Positions 32,447 to 42,613 of a DNA stretch of 64,000 nucleotides are shown here, piece after piece. The notes under the pieces are model-generated. The model saw nothing but the letters and a program-made list of their open reading frames with translations. It was not told the DNA's origin and searched no databases. Where the stretch lies: assembly GCA_963674755.2 (NCBI GenBank), contig CAXXVS010000002.1, forward strand, positions 2,112,001-2,176,000, written 5' to 3'. Numbering within the stretch: the stretch's first letter is position 1; each line of letters opens with the position of its first letter. The stretch comes from Desulfobacterales bacterium (GTDB lineage: Bacteria > Desulfobacterota > Desulfobacteria > Desulfobacterales > UBA5852). Made by a program: the position numbers and the translations under genes.

Positions 32447-32893
32447 TCACCCTTTTTCCGGTTTCTCAGATGGGGTGGGGACGCATCGTGCCTTCCGACG
32501 CGCTTTGATATGGCGTTCTACCGTGCGTTGAATGACCGTATCGGGGAGGTTCGTGTGGATCCCGGGGCATGACGCCCCCATGATGCGCCAGTTGGCGGCA
32601 TCTTTCAGCACGGCGTCGATAAAAGGCCAATTGCGGCACATGCGCGGCTTGACCGGGTGTATGCGGCAAATCTGATCCCAAAAGATGCAATAACCGTTGT
32701 CAGCTTGGGCGATGACATAGCGCGCCCCGGACCGTCGGCAGTAACGGTCCTTGAAATCGGCCGGGTCAATTTTGAGATAGGCGGCAATGGCCCGGATATC
32801 GGATGCCGATACATAAGTCCCGCCGTACCCACGGCAGCAATCACCACACATGCGGCATTCGAACAGCGCGTCCGATGTGGGTTCAGAAGGCAT
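32447..32893 (-). CDS. YkgJ-family cysteine cluster (Zn/Fe-chelating) protein
   Basis: FECRMCGDCC, CIFW, CRIHPVKPRMCRNWPF, CPG. Confidence 0.88.
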   Translation of the reverse strand: MPSEPTSDALFECRMCGDCCRGYGGTYVSASDIRAIAAYLKIDPADFKDRYCRRSGARYVIAQADNGYCIFWDQICRIHPVKPRMCRNWPFIDAVLKDAANWRIMGASCPGIHTNLPDTVIQRTVERHIKARRKARCVPTPSEKPEKG

Positions 32894-33482
32894 GGCGGGT
32901 TTCCAAGGCCCGTTTGAGCGTGACCTGATCGACATATTTCAGATCCCCCCCCATGGGCACGCCCGAGGCAATGCGGGTCACCTTGACCGGCAGGGATTGG
33001 AGCTGTTCGGCCAAATAGGCGGCCGTGGCCTCCCCTTCCACGCTGGTGCTCGTGGCGATGACGACCTCCTGCAACGCTTCTTCAGGCACCCGGCGGAGGA
33101 GGTCCGCAATCCGGATATCGTCCGGACCGATGCCGTTCATGGGCGACAGCACGCCTCCCAAAATATGATAAACCCCCTGGAAGGCACCGGATTTCTCCAC
33201 GGCAACCATATCCGCCGGGTGCTCCACGATGCAAAGCTGCGCCCGGTTGCGGGACATGTCCTGGCAGATGTGGCAAACTGCTTCATCGCTCCAAGCGTGG
33301 CAGCGCGAGCAGGAGCGGGTGCGGTCCTTGACGTCGATGATGCTCTGGGCAAGCTGTTCCGCATTGCGGGCCGGCGTTTTTAAAATATGCAGGGCCAAGC
33401 GCTCGGCCGTTTTCTCACCAATGCCGGGGAGTTTCGTAATTTGACGGATCAGATTACGGATCGATGCGGGATAATAGTTCAT
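32883..33482 (-). CDS. recR: Recombination mediator RecR
   Basis: LPGIGEKTAERL, C4 zinc finger, Toprim (CIVE, EGEATA), GGDLKYVD. Confidence 0.97.
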   Translation of the reverse strand: MNYYPASIRNLIRQITKLPGIGEKTAERLALHILKTPARNAEQLAQSIIDVKDRTRSCSRCHAWSDEAVCHICQDMSRNRAQLCIVEHPADMVAVEKSGAFQGVYHILGGVLSPMNGIGPDDIRIADLLRRVPEEALQEVVIATSTSVEGEATAAYLAEQLQSLPVKVTRIASGVPMGGDLKYVDQVTLKRALETRHAF

Positions 33483-33537
33483 GAGCCACCTTATAGCCGG
33501 GCATCCATCAAATCACGGGGTTGCCCGGCCGATCGTT

Positions 33538-33849
33538 TCAGAACAAGCCGGGGATATTCATGCCCCCGGTAAGCTTGCCCATTTCTGAAGCCACCATTTC
33601 CTGGGATTTGCTCAGGGCGTCATTGACGGCGGCGCAAACCAGATCCTGCAGCATATCCACATCTTCCGGATCGACCACTTCCTTTTCGATGGCGATGCTC
33701 AGCACCTGCTGCCGCCCGTTGGCGACAACCTTGACCATCCCGCCTCCGGCCGTCCCCTCGACCGTCCGATCCGCGAGTTCTTCCTGCATCTTGGCCATCT
33801 TGGCCTGAAGCTTCTGCGCCTGCTTCATCATATTGCCCATGCCCTTCAT
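33538..33849 (-). CDS. ybaB: YbaB/EbfC nucleoid-associated protein
   Basis: [31 protein letters not shown]; lies between dnaX and recR. Confidence 0.95.
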   Translation of the reverse strand: MKGMGNMMKQAQKLQAKMAKMQEELADRTVEGTAGGGMVKVVANGRQQVLSIAIEKEVVDPEDVDMLQDLVCAAVNDALSKSQEMVASEMGKLTGGMNIPGLF

Positions 33850-33950
33850 GGCAGTTCCTCCTTGTCCAATGCGTACCAGGGCGCACCGTTGACGTTCAAC
33901 TCGCTTCTGGCAAGCTTTGTCCGCCCGCCCCGATTGATTCCAACGCGCAA

Positions 33951-35648
33951 TTAGGCCGGTCCTTCTTCCTTCGATGGGGGCCGAACCTTAATATCCATGA
34001 CTTTACCCTGAAAAAGGTCGACCACCTCGGACACCATGGGATGGCTCAGGGCCTGGTTTCTGAGTTGCTCTTCATGGCGTTTTTTTTTTTGTTTGGCAGC
34101 CGGATCATCCGAAACCCCGCGGATTACAACCTCCGGTGAATGCCCGCACAGATCCTGAACCGCATCGCGAATGGCCTGGATGCTTTCCGGCCGTTTCACA
34201 CGGTTGATGGTGAATTCATTGCCCTTGACCTCAATCTCAAAGCCGCGCTCGCCCGAATCCGCCAAAAAAGACTGCTGGAGGCTGGCCGCCAGAGCCGGCA
34301 GGCGCTTTCCAATTAAGGCCACGATGCGCGCCCAGGCCGCTTGGCGCTCGGTAGCGGTGGCCGGCAGTGCCATGGTGCCATGGTCGGCATCCGCTTGGGC
34401 AGGGGGTGCTTCGCCGGATTCGGTTGAACGGGTCCGGGAAGCCGGAGCAGGTTGATCCGGTGATATCGGCATCTGCGCCAACACGGCCTCCCTGCCGCCC
34501 TGGGCAATGGCCTGGCGCAACGCTTCCACCCGACCGATCAGTTCATCCATCGGAAGGGCCGGCTTAAGCTGGCAGATCTGCATCAGCACCATCTCAAGCG
34601 CCAGCCGGGGCTGGGCCGCCAAGCGTACCATCGCCTCTTCCCGGTAGAGCATCTTAAAAACCTGATTTAAAGCGCCGGCCGAATGCTGCCGCGCCTGCTC
34701 GGCCAGCATTTGAATCTCACTTTCAGGCAGATCGATCAGCGGCATCCCAGGGTCGCCCACCTTGATGACGACCAGGTTCCGCACGTGCGTCAGCAAATCC
34801 AGGTATAATTTCTTGAGATCCTGGCCACGTCCGTGGATCCCTTCGATGGCCATGAGGACCCGGGCAACATCAGCCTCCAAAACCGCGTCCGCCAGGTCTG
34901 TTAGGGACCGTCTGTCCATTACCCCCAGAATATTGAGAACCTGGTCATGGGAAACAGGGCCTTCCGAACAGGTCATCACCTGATCGAGCAGGCTCAGCGC
35001 ATCCCGCATGCTGCCGCCGGCTTCGCGCGCCACCAAGGCCAGGCTCTCTGCCGGAATGGCGATGTTCTCGCGGTCGCACAAATCGGCCATATGACGCGTC
35101 AGACTTTCGAAATGAATCCGCCGTAAATCATAGCGCTGGCAGCGGGAAAGAATGGTCACCGGTATCTTGTGGGGCTCGGTCGTGGCGAACATGAACATGA
35201 TGTGGGCCGGCGGTTCTTCAAGGGTCTTCAGCAAGGCATTGAAAGCCGCCGGGCTCAGCATGTGCACTTCGTCGATGATATAAATTTTAAAAGGGCTGTA
35301 AGCCGGCATGTATTTGATGTTTTCACGCAGCTCGCGCACCTGGTCGACGCTGTTGTTGGAGGCGCCGTCAATCTCGAAAACATCCGCCGCACTGCCGCTT
35401 GTAATCTCTTTGCAGGACCGGCACGTATTGCAGGGATGGGAGGTAGGGCCCTGCTGGCAGTTCATGGCCTTGGCCAGGATGCGGGCAACAGTTGTTTTGC
35501 CGGTTCCGCGCGGCCCGGCAAACAGGATCGCATGGGCCACCCGACCGTGCTGGATGGCATTCGTCAGGGTACGGGTGACATGCGTTTGTTCGACGACCTC
35601 CTCAAAGGTCTGTGGTCGGTATTTGCGTGCCAGAACGAGGTATGCCAT
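33951..35648 (-). CDS. dnaX: DNA polymerase III subunit gamma/tau
   Basis: [38 protein letters not shown]. Start trimmed to MAYLVL. Confidence 0.97.
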   Translation of the reverse strand: MAYLVLARKYRPQTFEEVVEQTHVTRTLTNAIQHGRVAHAILFAGPRGTGKTTVARILAKAMNCQQGPTSHPCNTCRSCKEITSGSAADVFEIDGASNNSVDQVRELRENIKYMPAYSPFKIYIIDEVHMLSPAAFNALLKTLEEPPAHIMFMFATTEPHKIPVTILSRCQRYDLRRIHFESLTRHMADLCDRENIAIPAESLALVAREAGGSMRDALSLLDQVMTCSEGPVSHDQVLNILGVMDRRSLTDLADAVLEADVARVLMAIEGIHGRGQDLKKLYLDLLTHVRNLVVIKVGDPGMPLIDLPESEIQMLAEQARQHSAGALNQVFKMLYREEAMVRLAAQPRLALEMVLMQICQLKPALPMDELIGRVEALRQAIAQGGREAVLAQMPISPDQPAPASRTRSTESGEAPPAQADADHGTMALPATATERQAAWARIVALIGKRLPALAASLQQSFLADSGERGFEIEVKGNEFTINRVKRPESIQAIRDAVQDLCGHSPEVVIRGVSDDPAAKQKKKRHEEQLRNQALSHPMVSEVVDLFQGKVMDIKVRPPSKEEGPA

Positions 35649-35852
35649 GGCCTCATCATACGGGGTGCAAGGGGTTTGGGTAATTTTCGGCGCTGCCGCG
35701 TCAATAGACCGGATGGATAGCGACATCAGTGCGGCGTAACATAATGAAAGCGGCGGCAAACGGCAAGGGAAAAAATGGTCGGGTGCCGTCAGCCTCGGCT
35801 GGTGTCAGGAATGATCGTGCCCGTCGTCAACGGATGGGAGAAGAAAAGAAAA

Positions 35853-35946
35853 TGGCGGAGAGAGAGGGATTCGAACCCTCGGTGCCGCTATTAACAGCAC
35901 ACACGATTTCCAGTCGTGCTCCTTCAGCCAACTCGGACATCTCTCC
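35853..35946 (-). tRNA. tRNA-Ser (GGA)
   Basis: GGAGAGA...TCTCTCCGCCA acceptor, anticodon arm CACGA-CTGGAAA-TCGTG, long variable arm, GGTTCGAATCC. Confidence 0.96.
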
Positions 35947-36000
35947 GCATACAGCGCGCATCCATGGCGAAAACGCCATATGACTCGCCCCAAGCGGTGC

Positions 36001-36094
36001 TGGCGGAGAGGGTGGGATTCGAACCCACGATCCCGGTTTTAGCCAGGATACCGCTTTTCGAGAGCGGGGCCTTCAGCCACTCGGCAACCTCTCC
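36001..36094 (-). tRNA. tRNA-Ser (CGA)
   Basis: GGAGAGG...CCCTCTCCGCCA, anticodon arm CCGCT-CTCGAAA-AGCGG, long variable arm. Confidence 0.96.
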
Positions 36095-36115
36095 TTGCCA
36101 TAAATGCAGAGCGTC

Positions 36116-36144
36116 TCCATATCGCCTTTAAATGATTCTGTCAA
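36116..36144 (-). promoter_or_regulatory. Putative sigma70 promoter for the tRNA-Ser pair
   Basis: Minus-strand TTGACA-17 nt-TATGGA, about 20 nt upstream of the tRNA. Confidence 0.4.
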
Positions 36145-36333
36145 TGGATTCCCTGCGTAGGGAACCCGATCAGAAAATCAAAAGGCGATCCGTTCTTTTA
36201 CCCTTGAAGGGCTTTGCGGAATCTAGTATCAGATGCCGCCAACAGCAACTTGGCACGTTCATATGGCGGAAATCGCCATCCTTTTCCGCTGCTTCATTTT
36301 GCTCTGGACCACATGGTCGCAAGGAAATTACTA

Positions 36334-37659
36334 ATGGCCCTCATCAAGCCCTTCAGGGGCATACGCTACGACCCGGAACGCGTCGCAGATATGGCAAGCG
36401 TAGTCTGCCCGCCCTACGACGTCATTTCCGAAACCGAACAAGCCGCCTATTATGATCGCAGTCCCTACAATGTCATTCGCATGGAGTTGGGCCAACTGCG
36501 CCCTGAGGATGACGACACCAACAATCGCCATACCCGGGCGGGGACCTACCTGCGCACCTGGCTCAATGAAGGCGTCCTGATCCAGGAGGAAAGGCCGGCC
36601 CTTTATCTGGCGGCCACGAACTTCCAGACCGCAGACGGGGCATGGACCCGTTGGGGGTTGCTGGCCGCTGTCGCGTTAGAACCTTTTGACAAGGGGGGCA
36701 TTCTTCCCCACGAACGCACTTACTCCAAAGTCAAGGCGGAACGCTTGTCATTGCTGCAGTCCTGCCCGGCCAATTTGAGCCCCATATTTTCATTCTTTTC
36801 CGATCAGGCCGCCATGATCCCCAGGTTAAAAACCCATGTCGCGCGACGGTTGCCCGATATTGAATTCACGGATAACGACCAGCAACAGCATCGCCTATGG
36901 GTCATCAGCGATCCGGATCTGCTGGCAAGCACAGTCGCCCAGTTCAGGCACCAGCCCATCTTCATCGCCGACGGGCACCATCGCTATGAAACGGCGCTGG
37001 CCTACCTGAACGAACACCAGGACAAGGGCTTAAACGAAGATCATCCGGCCCGCTATACGCTGATGTATCTGAGCAGCATCCAGGATCCCGGCCTGAAAAT
37101 ACTGCCTGCCCACCGCCTGCTGCCACAGGTCGATGCGGATGTCCGGCAGCAATTTCTTAAAGATATCGAAAGATATTTCGACGTCCAGCCACTGCAATCC
37201 CATGACGCAATGCGGGACAGTGATCGGGAAGCGATGCAAAACCTGGATAACACCGCCCCGGGGGAAGGACTGGTGGTCGCCCTGCGAGACGTCCCCACCC
37301 CGCTCCTGCTCAAACTCAAGGACGGAAAGAAGGAAGGCCTTTACTCCGAGGATCTGCCCGACGTTTTGAAAAACATCGACGTGACGCTGTTGACCGAGTT
37401 CGTATTCCCGACCTTATTGGGGCTCACCCCGGCCCAGTTGGACGACGTGCATAGCATCCATTACCATCATGATACCCGGCTGGCCCTTGAAAAAGTTCGT
37501 ACCGGGCAATACGATATGGCCTTCATCATCAAACCCACACCGATTGCTGCGGTTCAGCGAATTGCCGATGCAGGGCGCACGATGCCACGCAAATCCACTT
37601 ATTTTGCCCCCAAAGTCATCACCGGTCTTGTGATGCATGGTCTCTTTGGCCGGCTCTAA
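36334..37659 (+). CDS. DUF1015-family protein
   Basis: IKPFRGIRY, PPYDVIS, ILPHERT, IADGHHRYETA, MPRKSTYFAPK. Confidence 0.9.
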   Translation: MALIKPFRGIRYDPERVADMASVVCPPYDVISETEQAAYYDRSPYNVIRMELGQLRPEDDDTNNRHTRAGTYLRTWLNEGVLIQEERPALYLAATNFQTADGAWTRWGLLAAVALEPFDKGGILPHERTYSKVKAERLSLLQSCPANLSPIFSFFSDQAAMIPRLKTHVARRLPDIEFTDNDQQQHRLWVISDPDLLASTVAQFRHQPIFIADGHHRYETALAYLNEHQDKGLNEDHPARYTLMYLSSIQDPGLKILPAHRLLPQVDADVRQQFLKDIERYFDVQPLQSHDAMRDSDREAMQNLDNTAPGEGLVVALRDVPTPLLLKLKDGKKEGLYSEDLPDVLKNIDVTLLTEFVFPTLLGLTPAQLDDVHSIHYHHDTRLALEKVRTGQYDMAFIIKPTPIAAVQRIADAGRTMPRKSTYFAPKVITGLVMHGLFGRL

Positions 37660-37696
37660 AGGGCCGCTCGCCCGTTGGCATCACTGCCGAAAGGCA

Positions 37697-38437
37697 TTAG
37701 AGCCGCAGCATTGCCGCCACTTCGGCGGTATAGGCACCCGCCTCGTCGTAAATCACCAAGGGCGGTCCGGTCGCCAGCCCCGGGCGAGCGGCTTTGACAA
37801 CCTTCAGCAGGCAGCGTTTGGCTTCGGCATCCCGTCGGGAATGGATCATGCGCAAATATTTGGGCTCCAAATGATGCGCCTGCATGCCGCTCATCAGCTC
37901 GGCCAGCCGCTCTACCGGGTAGACAAGCCAGCCGCGACCGCCGGTTTTCAGAAACCGCCGCATGGTCTTGATCAACCCTTCAAGCGATATTGCAATCTCA
38001 TGACGGGCCAGAGCACGCTGGCTCTGCGGGTTGACGCGGCCCGAATGGGGTTTCCGGTACGGCGGGTTGCTCATCACCATATCCACGGGTGCCCCGATCG
38101 CGTCGGCCCCCAGCCGAAGCATGTCCCCCTCAACGACCGCAATGCGGGACTCAAATCCATTGTCTGCGGCATTGACGCGCGCCAAGGCGGCCAGCTCCGC
38201 TTGGATTTCAACCCCCACAAGGCGGGCATGCGGATAGCGCAACGCCGTAATCAGCGGCAGAATGCCGCAGCCCGTTCCCAGATCCAGAATTCGCTCACCC
38301 GGTTTGTGGGGGACGGCATGGAAGGCCAGGATGGGGGCGTCGATTGAAAAACGATAGCCCGCGCGATTTTGGCGGATGCGCAAATGACCGTCAATAAAGG
38401 AATCGAGGGAGCTCTGTATGGAGAGCGTTTCGCTCAC
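37697..38437 (-). CDS. tRNA1(Val) (adenine37-N6)-methyltransferase-like SAM-dependent methyltransferase
   Basis: GYRFSID, LDLGTGCG, VEIQ, SNPPY, ARHE. Confidence 0.87.
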   Translation of the reverse strand: MSETLSIQSSLDSFIDGHLRIRQNRAGYRFSIDAPILAFHAVPHKPGERILDLGTGCGILPLITALRYPHARLVGVEIQAELAALARVNAADNGFESRIAVVEGDMLRLGADAIGAPVDMVMSNPPYRKPHSGRVNPQSQRALARHEIAISLEGLIKTMRRFLKTGGRGWLVYPVERLAELMSGMQAHHLEPKYLRMIHSRRDAEAKRCLLKVVKAARPGLATGPPLVIYDEAGAYTAEVAAMLRL

Positions 38438-38763
38438 TTGACCGTCAGCGGTCCGATTTTAAAACGGATATCGTCGACAACCCTGCCGCCCGCGGCCTCG
38501 TTGAGCCGCTGGATCAATTCTTTTTTCCGGAAATGCAGTTCCTGCAGCCAGACAGAACTGCTGACATGGACAACCAGGACACGTTGTTTGAAGGCCGCCG
38601 GCTGGGCGTTGCACGCCAGATTTTTCCCAACGATGCGGTCCCAGAACGTCCATACGATGCGTGCATTTTGCCCCTCGCCGCCATGGATATTGCGGAGCAC
38701 GGCATCAATGATATCGGCCACCGGTTCGCACTTGGTCTGATTTCTGTTGCGGCTGTCCACCAA
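38434..38763 (-). CDS. DUF721/DciA-family protein
   Basis: WDRIVG...A.P....VLVVHVSSSVWLQEL...LIQRLN....IRF pattern. Confidence 0.82.
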   Translation of the reverse strand: MVDSRNRNQTKCEPVADIIDAVLRNIHGGEGQNARIVWTFWDRIVGKNLACNAQPAAFKQRVLVVHVSSSVWLQELHFRKKELIQRLNEAAGGRVVDDIRFKIGPLTVK

Positions 38764-39144
38764 AGCAGGAATGCCTCCCGAAACGGTTCTCGCCGTTCTT
38801 TAATCGCGTCCCTATCAAGGGATATGTATACTGATCCCCTGTCGCTCCTGTCAAATTGGAATCCCCGACCACACGGTGCATCACAACCGCTCTTCCGCGT
38901 TCGTAAACACCGGTCACCTCCGCGTTGCAACCCCAACAGAGGGCCCCATAATTCTTTTTATCACAAGATGTTGGCGGGTTTTTCCTTGACTTGACTACGG
39001 CCGTAACTTAATTACAGGGGCGATACAAGGGGACGACTTCATTGGATAACAAGCCAGACAAGCGGCAGATCCGCGCCGCATGAACCGCATTCTGAGCGAA
39101 GTCTTGATCATGTTTGCAACAGTTACTTCAATAGGAAGCGTAAT

Positions 39145-40197
39145 ATGACGTGGGATTGGGAAAAATTAAAGGAACAGCAACAGGGACGCCGCGCCGCACC
39201 ACCTCAGGTTGATGAGGTGTTGAAAAACATTAAAAAAATTAAAATCCCCGGCGGGCCGATTCTTTTTCTTCTGCTGTTGGTCATTATCGGTGTGTATACA
39301 TCGATTTATGTCGTCGACACAGACGAGGTAGGAGTTGTACAGCGATTTGGCAAATATGCCAAAACGACTCAGCCAGGCCTCAATTTCAAACTGCCCTTCG
39401 GCATTGAGACGGTCCGGCTTGTCAAAAAGCGCCGCATTCTCAAAGAAGAATTCGGATTCAGTTCCGAGCGGCTCGGGGGGAACCGTCGCTCGGCCCCGAT
39501 CAGCGAAAACAACAGTGAAGCGCTCATGTTAACCGGTGACTTGAATGTCGCCGTTGTTCCCTGGATCGTACAATACCGCATCAATGATCCTTACGACTAT
39601 CTGTTCAAGGTGCAGAACGTAACCCAGCTCCTGCGGGATATGTCGGAAGCCGCCATGCGCTTGGTGGTGGGGGATCGAAGTATCAACGAGGTGATCTCCA
39701 AGCGCAATGAAATTGCCGTTGAAGCGAAAAAGGTCCTGCAGGGCGAGCTCGATAATGCCCAGGCCGGGATCACCGTTGTAACCATCGAAATGAAGCGCAC
39801 GAATGTCCCGGGGCCGGTGCAGCCCTCTTTCAATGAGGTCAACCAGGCGACCCAGGAAAAGGAACAGACGATCTACCAAGCGCGGGAGGCTTATAACAAA
39901 GCCATTCCCGCTGCCCGGGGCGAAGCAGAGCGTGTCATCAAGGCGGCGGAAGGATACGCTCTCGGCCGGGTCAACCGTGCCCAGGGTGATGCTGCCCGGT
40001 TTTCGGCAGTCTACGCTGAGTACGTCAAAGCCAAAGACGTAACCCGTAAACGGATCTATCTGGAAACCCTGAAGGAACTGTTTCCTCGCCTCGGTCCCAA
40101 ATATATTGTCGACGACAATCAACGCAATCTGCTTCCGCTGCTCAATCTCAACCAGAAAACGCTGAAGAATTCCATAGGTGCTGGCAATGAACAATAA
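39145..40197 (+). CDS. hflK: FtsH protease modulator HflK
   Basis: SPFH domain, MLTGDLN, VQPSFNEVNQA, A.GEA..; followed by hflC. Confidence 0.94.
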   Translation: MTWDWEKLKEQQQGRRAAPPQVDEVLKNIKKIKIPGGPILFLLLLVIIGVYTSIYVVDTDEVGVVQRFGKYAKTTQPGLNFKLPFGIETVRLVKKRRILKEEFGFSSERLGGNRRSAPISENNSEALMLTGDLNVAVVPWIVQYRINDPYDYLFKVQNVTQLLRDMSEAAMRLVVGDRSINEVISKRNEIAVEAKKVLQGELDNAQAGITVVTIEMKRTNVPGPVQPSFNEVNQATQEKEQTIYQAREAYNKAIPAARGEAERVIKAAEGYALGRVNRAQGDAARFSAVYAEYVKAKDVTRKRIYLETLKELFPRLGPKYIVDDNQRNLLPLLNLNQKTLKNSIGAGNEQ

Positions 40198-41143
40198 GCT
40201 CGTATATCTCCTTGTGGCGGTCTTTATCGCCGTGGCCGTGCTTTACAGTGCGGCTTTCGTCGTCGACGAAACCGAACAGGTCGTCGTAACACGATTTGGT
40301 AAAATCATCGGGGATCCGATCACGGATCCAGGCCTTAATTTTAAGCTGCCGATTTTTGATAAAGTGAATAAATACCCTAAGAACCTGCTGTTTTGGGATG
40401 GCGACCCGGGACAGATTCCAACACTTGAGAAAACCTACATTTGGGTAGACGCCTTTGCCCGCTGGCGCATTACGGATCCGATCAAATTCAAACAAACCGT
40501 CGATACGGTATCCAATGCCCAAAGCCGCCTCGATGAAATTATCGACCCGGCCGTGCGCAATGCCGTTACCAGCTACCGCCTGATTGAAACCGTTCGCAAA
40601 AGTAATCGCGAATTGGATACCTATGAGGTAGGCATCGAGAAGGACGATACCGAGAACCAACGCCAGCCTAGCCGGATCACAACCGGCCGCAAGAATATTA
40701 TGCTGGGGATCCTGCAGGAAGCGCAGCCTAAGTTGGACAAATTCGGAATCGAAGTGGTGGATGTCAAGATAAAACGCATAAACTACGTCGATCAGGTGCG
40801 CAAATCCGTTTACGACCGGATGATTGCCGAACGCAAGCAAATCGCGGAAAAATTTCGCTCCGAAGGTATTGGGGAAGCGCGTAAAATAGAAGGGAACAAA
40901 GAGAGGGATCTGAAACGGATTCAATCGGAGGCCTACCGTACCGCCGAAGAAATCAAAGGCAAAGCGGACGCCAAAGCAACCGATATTTATGCCAAGTCGT
41001 TCGGCGTCGATCCCGACTTTTACACCTTCCTTAAAACGATGGAAGTCTATCGGGATACGCTGGGCAAGGACAGCACGCTGGTGCTCTCAACCGATTCCGA
41101 TTTTTTGGGCTACCTGAAAAATCTTTCCAAGGCCGGTCGCTGA
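40187..41143 (+). CDS. hflC: FtsH protease modulator HflC
   Basis: FVVDETEQVVVTRFG, VDAFARWRITDP, RMIAER, LVLSTDSDF. Confidence 0.94.
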   Translation: MNNKLVYLLVAVFIAVAVLYSAAFVVDETEQVVVTRFGKIIGDPITDPGLNFKLPIFDKVNKYPKNLLFWDGDPGQIPTLEKTYIWVDAFARWRITDPIKFKQTVDTVSNAQSRLDEIIDPAVRNAVTSYRLIETVRKSNRELDTYEVGIEKDDTENQRQPSRITTGRKNIMLGILQEAQPKLDKFGIEVVDVKIKRINYVDQVRKSVYDRMIAERKQIAEKFRSEGIGEARKIEGNKERDLKRIQSEAYRTAEEIKGKADAKATDIYAKSFGVDPDFYTFLKTMEVYRDTLGKDSTLVLSTDSDFLGYLKNLSKAGR

Positions 41144-41151
41144 CGAGGTAC

Positions 41152-41200
41152 AAAAGGCGAAAGCCCCCTGCCTTGCGCCGTAACACAGGGGCTTTCGCCT
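41152..41200. terminator. Hairpin terminator between the convergent hflC and bS22-like genes
   Basis: aggcgaaagcccc...ggggctttcgcct inverted repeat with an adjacent A/T run. Confidence 0.65.
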
Positions 41201-41226
41201 ATAAACCGAAATCGGATTGGGTCGGG

Positions 41227-41325
41227 CTATTTGCCCTTACGTCTTTGATGACGCGTCCGGGCCAATAATTTTCGGTGCTTGTGCTTTCTCATTTTCTTAC
41301 GGCGTTTCTTGATGACGCTACCCAA
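41227..41325 (-). CDS. 32-aa basic protein of the AURKAIP1/COX24 (bS22/mS38-like) family
   Basis: Translated by hand: MGSVIKKRRKKMRKHKHRKLLARTRHQRRKGK, TTG start, GGGGGTGA RBS; absent from the ORF track. Confidence 0.9.
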   Translation of the reverse strand: MGSVIKKRRKKMRKHKHRKLLARTRHQRRKGK

Positions 41326-41565
41326 AGGATCACCCCCCTTTCAAATGTCACTTTATAAAAAGTGTTCTATATCATTAACTAAAAAATGGTGTCCAGCTTT
41401 TTTTGTCTGAAGGCCGCTCGTGGGCCTTATGCGCTATCTCCTTTTCTATCAAATAGTTATACATTCTATACGTTGTTATCCGGTCTGCCGCGTGCTAATA
41501 TGGAACTGAATTCAAGCCCCAGCGAATCATTTGATCAGGCAACTTTCGCATAAAGCAATTGAATA

Positions 41566-42105
41566 ATGAGCGCTCACCGTTTCCGCTCCGATCAGATCGT
41601 GCACATCAATGATGCCGTGGCCATGGCCGAGGAACTGGTCAGCAACCATTACAAACTTTCGGCGACTCAATGGTTGCGTCGCAAATATGACGTTAAAACC
41701 GCCATCGATCTTTCAGCGAATGAAATTATCTCCGGACCTTTCGCCCAAGTCATCCGCTACGAGGGGCGAAAAGCCGATGCCGATCTTAAGTCAGAGACAT
41801 TCGACTTTTATAAAATTTGTCTGCAAGATCATGAAATCATCCAGGCACTTGAGCATGCGCCGTCCCTGTTGCTGTTCCCTTTCAGCCTGTACATTATTAC
41901 GCATGAGCTGATTCATATCGTCCGGTTCACCAAATTTCTGCAAAGTTTTGTGGCCACCGCCGATGAGAGACTTGCCGAGGAAATCCGTGTCCATGCCAAA
42001 ACGCATGAAATCCTTAAGCCTGTTCGTATTCCAGGCATGCGCTCCGTTTTTACATTTTACGCCCAATGGCGCAATGACTTCGACAGCCTCTGCAATCCCA
42101 CCTGA
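41566..42105 (+). CDS. Hypothetical protein with an HExxH (THELIH) motif
   Basis: 179-aa ORF; HELIH and a downstream acidic EE.RVH. Confidence 0.8.
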   Translation: MSAHRFRSDQIVHINDAVAMAEELVSNHYKLSATQWLRRKYDVKTAIDLSANEIISGPFAQVIRYEGRKADADLKSETFDFYKICLQDHEIIQALEHAPSLLLFPFSLYIITHELIHIVRFTKFLQSFVATADERLAEEIRVHAKTHEILKPVRIPGMRSVFTFYAQWRNDFDSLCNPT

Positions 42106-42331
42106 CAACGTCCTTTGCGATCATTATCCCTATACGATCGTGGCCGCGCCCCGATCCCTACGGGGGCGGGTTTCCACAAGCCTCTCCCAAAATAGGCGTT
42201 TGGTGCACCCAATTCGCACTACGGCCCCTTGACAAAAACATTTTCTTGACTATTTTTTAACAGTTTTACGCAGGCGGGACGCTAAACGACAGACAGAACA
42301 TGCTCGAAAATTGTTGACGGAGGTTTCAAAC

Positions 42332-42613
42332 ATGCCCTTATACGAGTATGAATGCAGCAAATGTGGCCGGGTGGAAGAGATACTGCAAAAGTTCTCGGAT
42401 AAGCCACTCACCAAGTGCCGGCATTGTTCGGGGAGCCTTCACAAACTTATTTCCAACAGTAGCTTCCATCTAAAGGGATCGGGCTGGTATGTAACCGACT
42501 ACGCTAAAAAATCAACCGGCGATACATCCCCTGGGGGAAAAGACAAACAATCCAAATCAGCTGACGCGAAGCCCACATCCGGGAACTCAACATCTGGCAG
42601 TCCTGCCGATTAG
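42332..42613 (+). CDS. FmdB-family zinc-ribbon regulatory protein
   Basis: MPLYEYECSKCG...CRHCSG...FHLKGSGWYVTDY; GGAGG RBS. Confidence 0.92.
   Translation: MPLYEYECSKCGRVEEILQKFSDKPLTKCRHCSGSLHKLISNSSFHLKGSGWYVTDYAKKSTGDTSPGGKDKQSKSADAKPTSGNSTSGSPAD

Noticed and set aside
35649..35852. Possible SRP RNA (ffs) between tRNA-Ser and dnaX, a common location
   Set aside because: The conserved CAGG..GGAA..AGCAG core was not found on either strand.
35853..36094. tRNA-Ser as an integration site for a genomic island
   Set aside because: No integrase, no duplicated tRNA 3' end elsewhere in the window, and core genes on both sides.
35805..36131. Short ORFs overlapping the tRNA genes
   Set aside because: They are translations of tRNA sequence.
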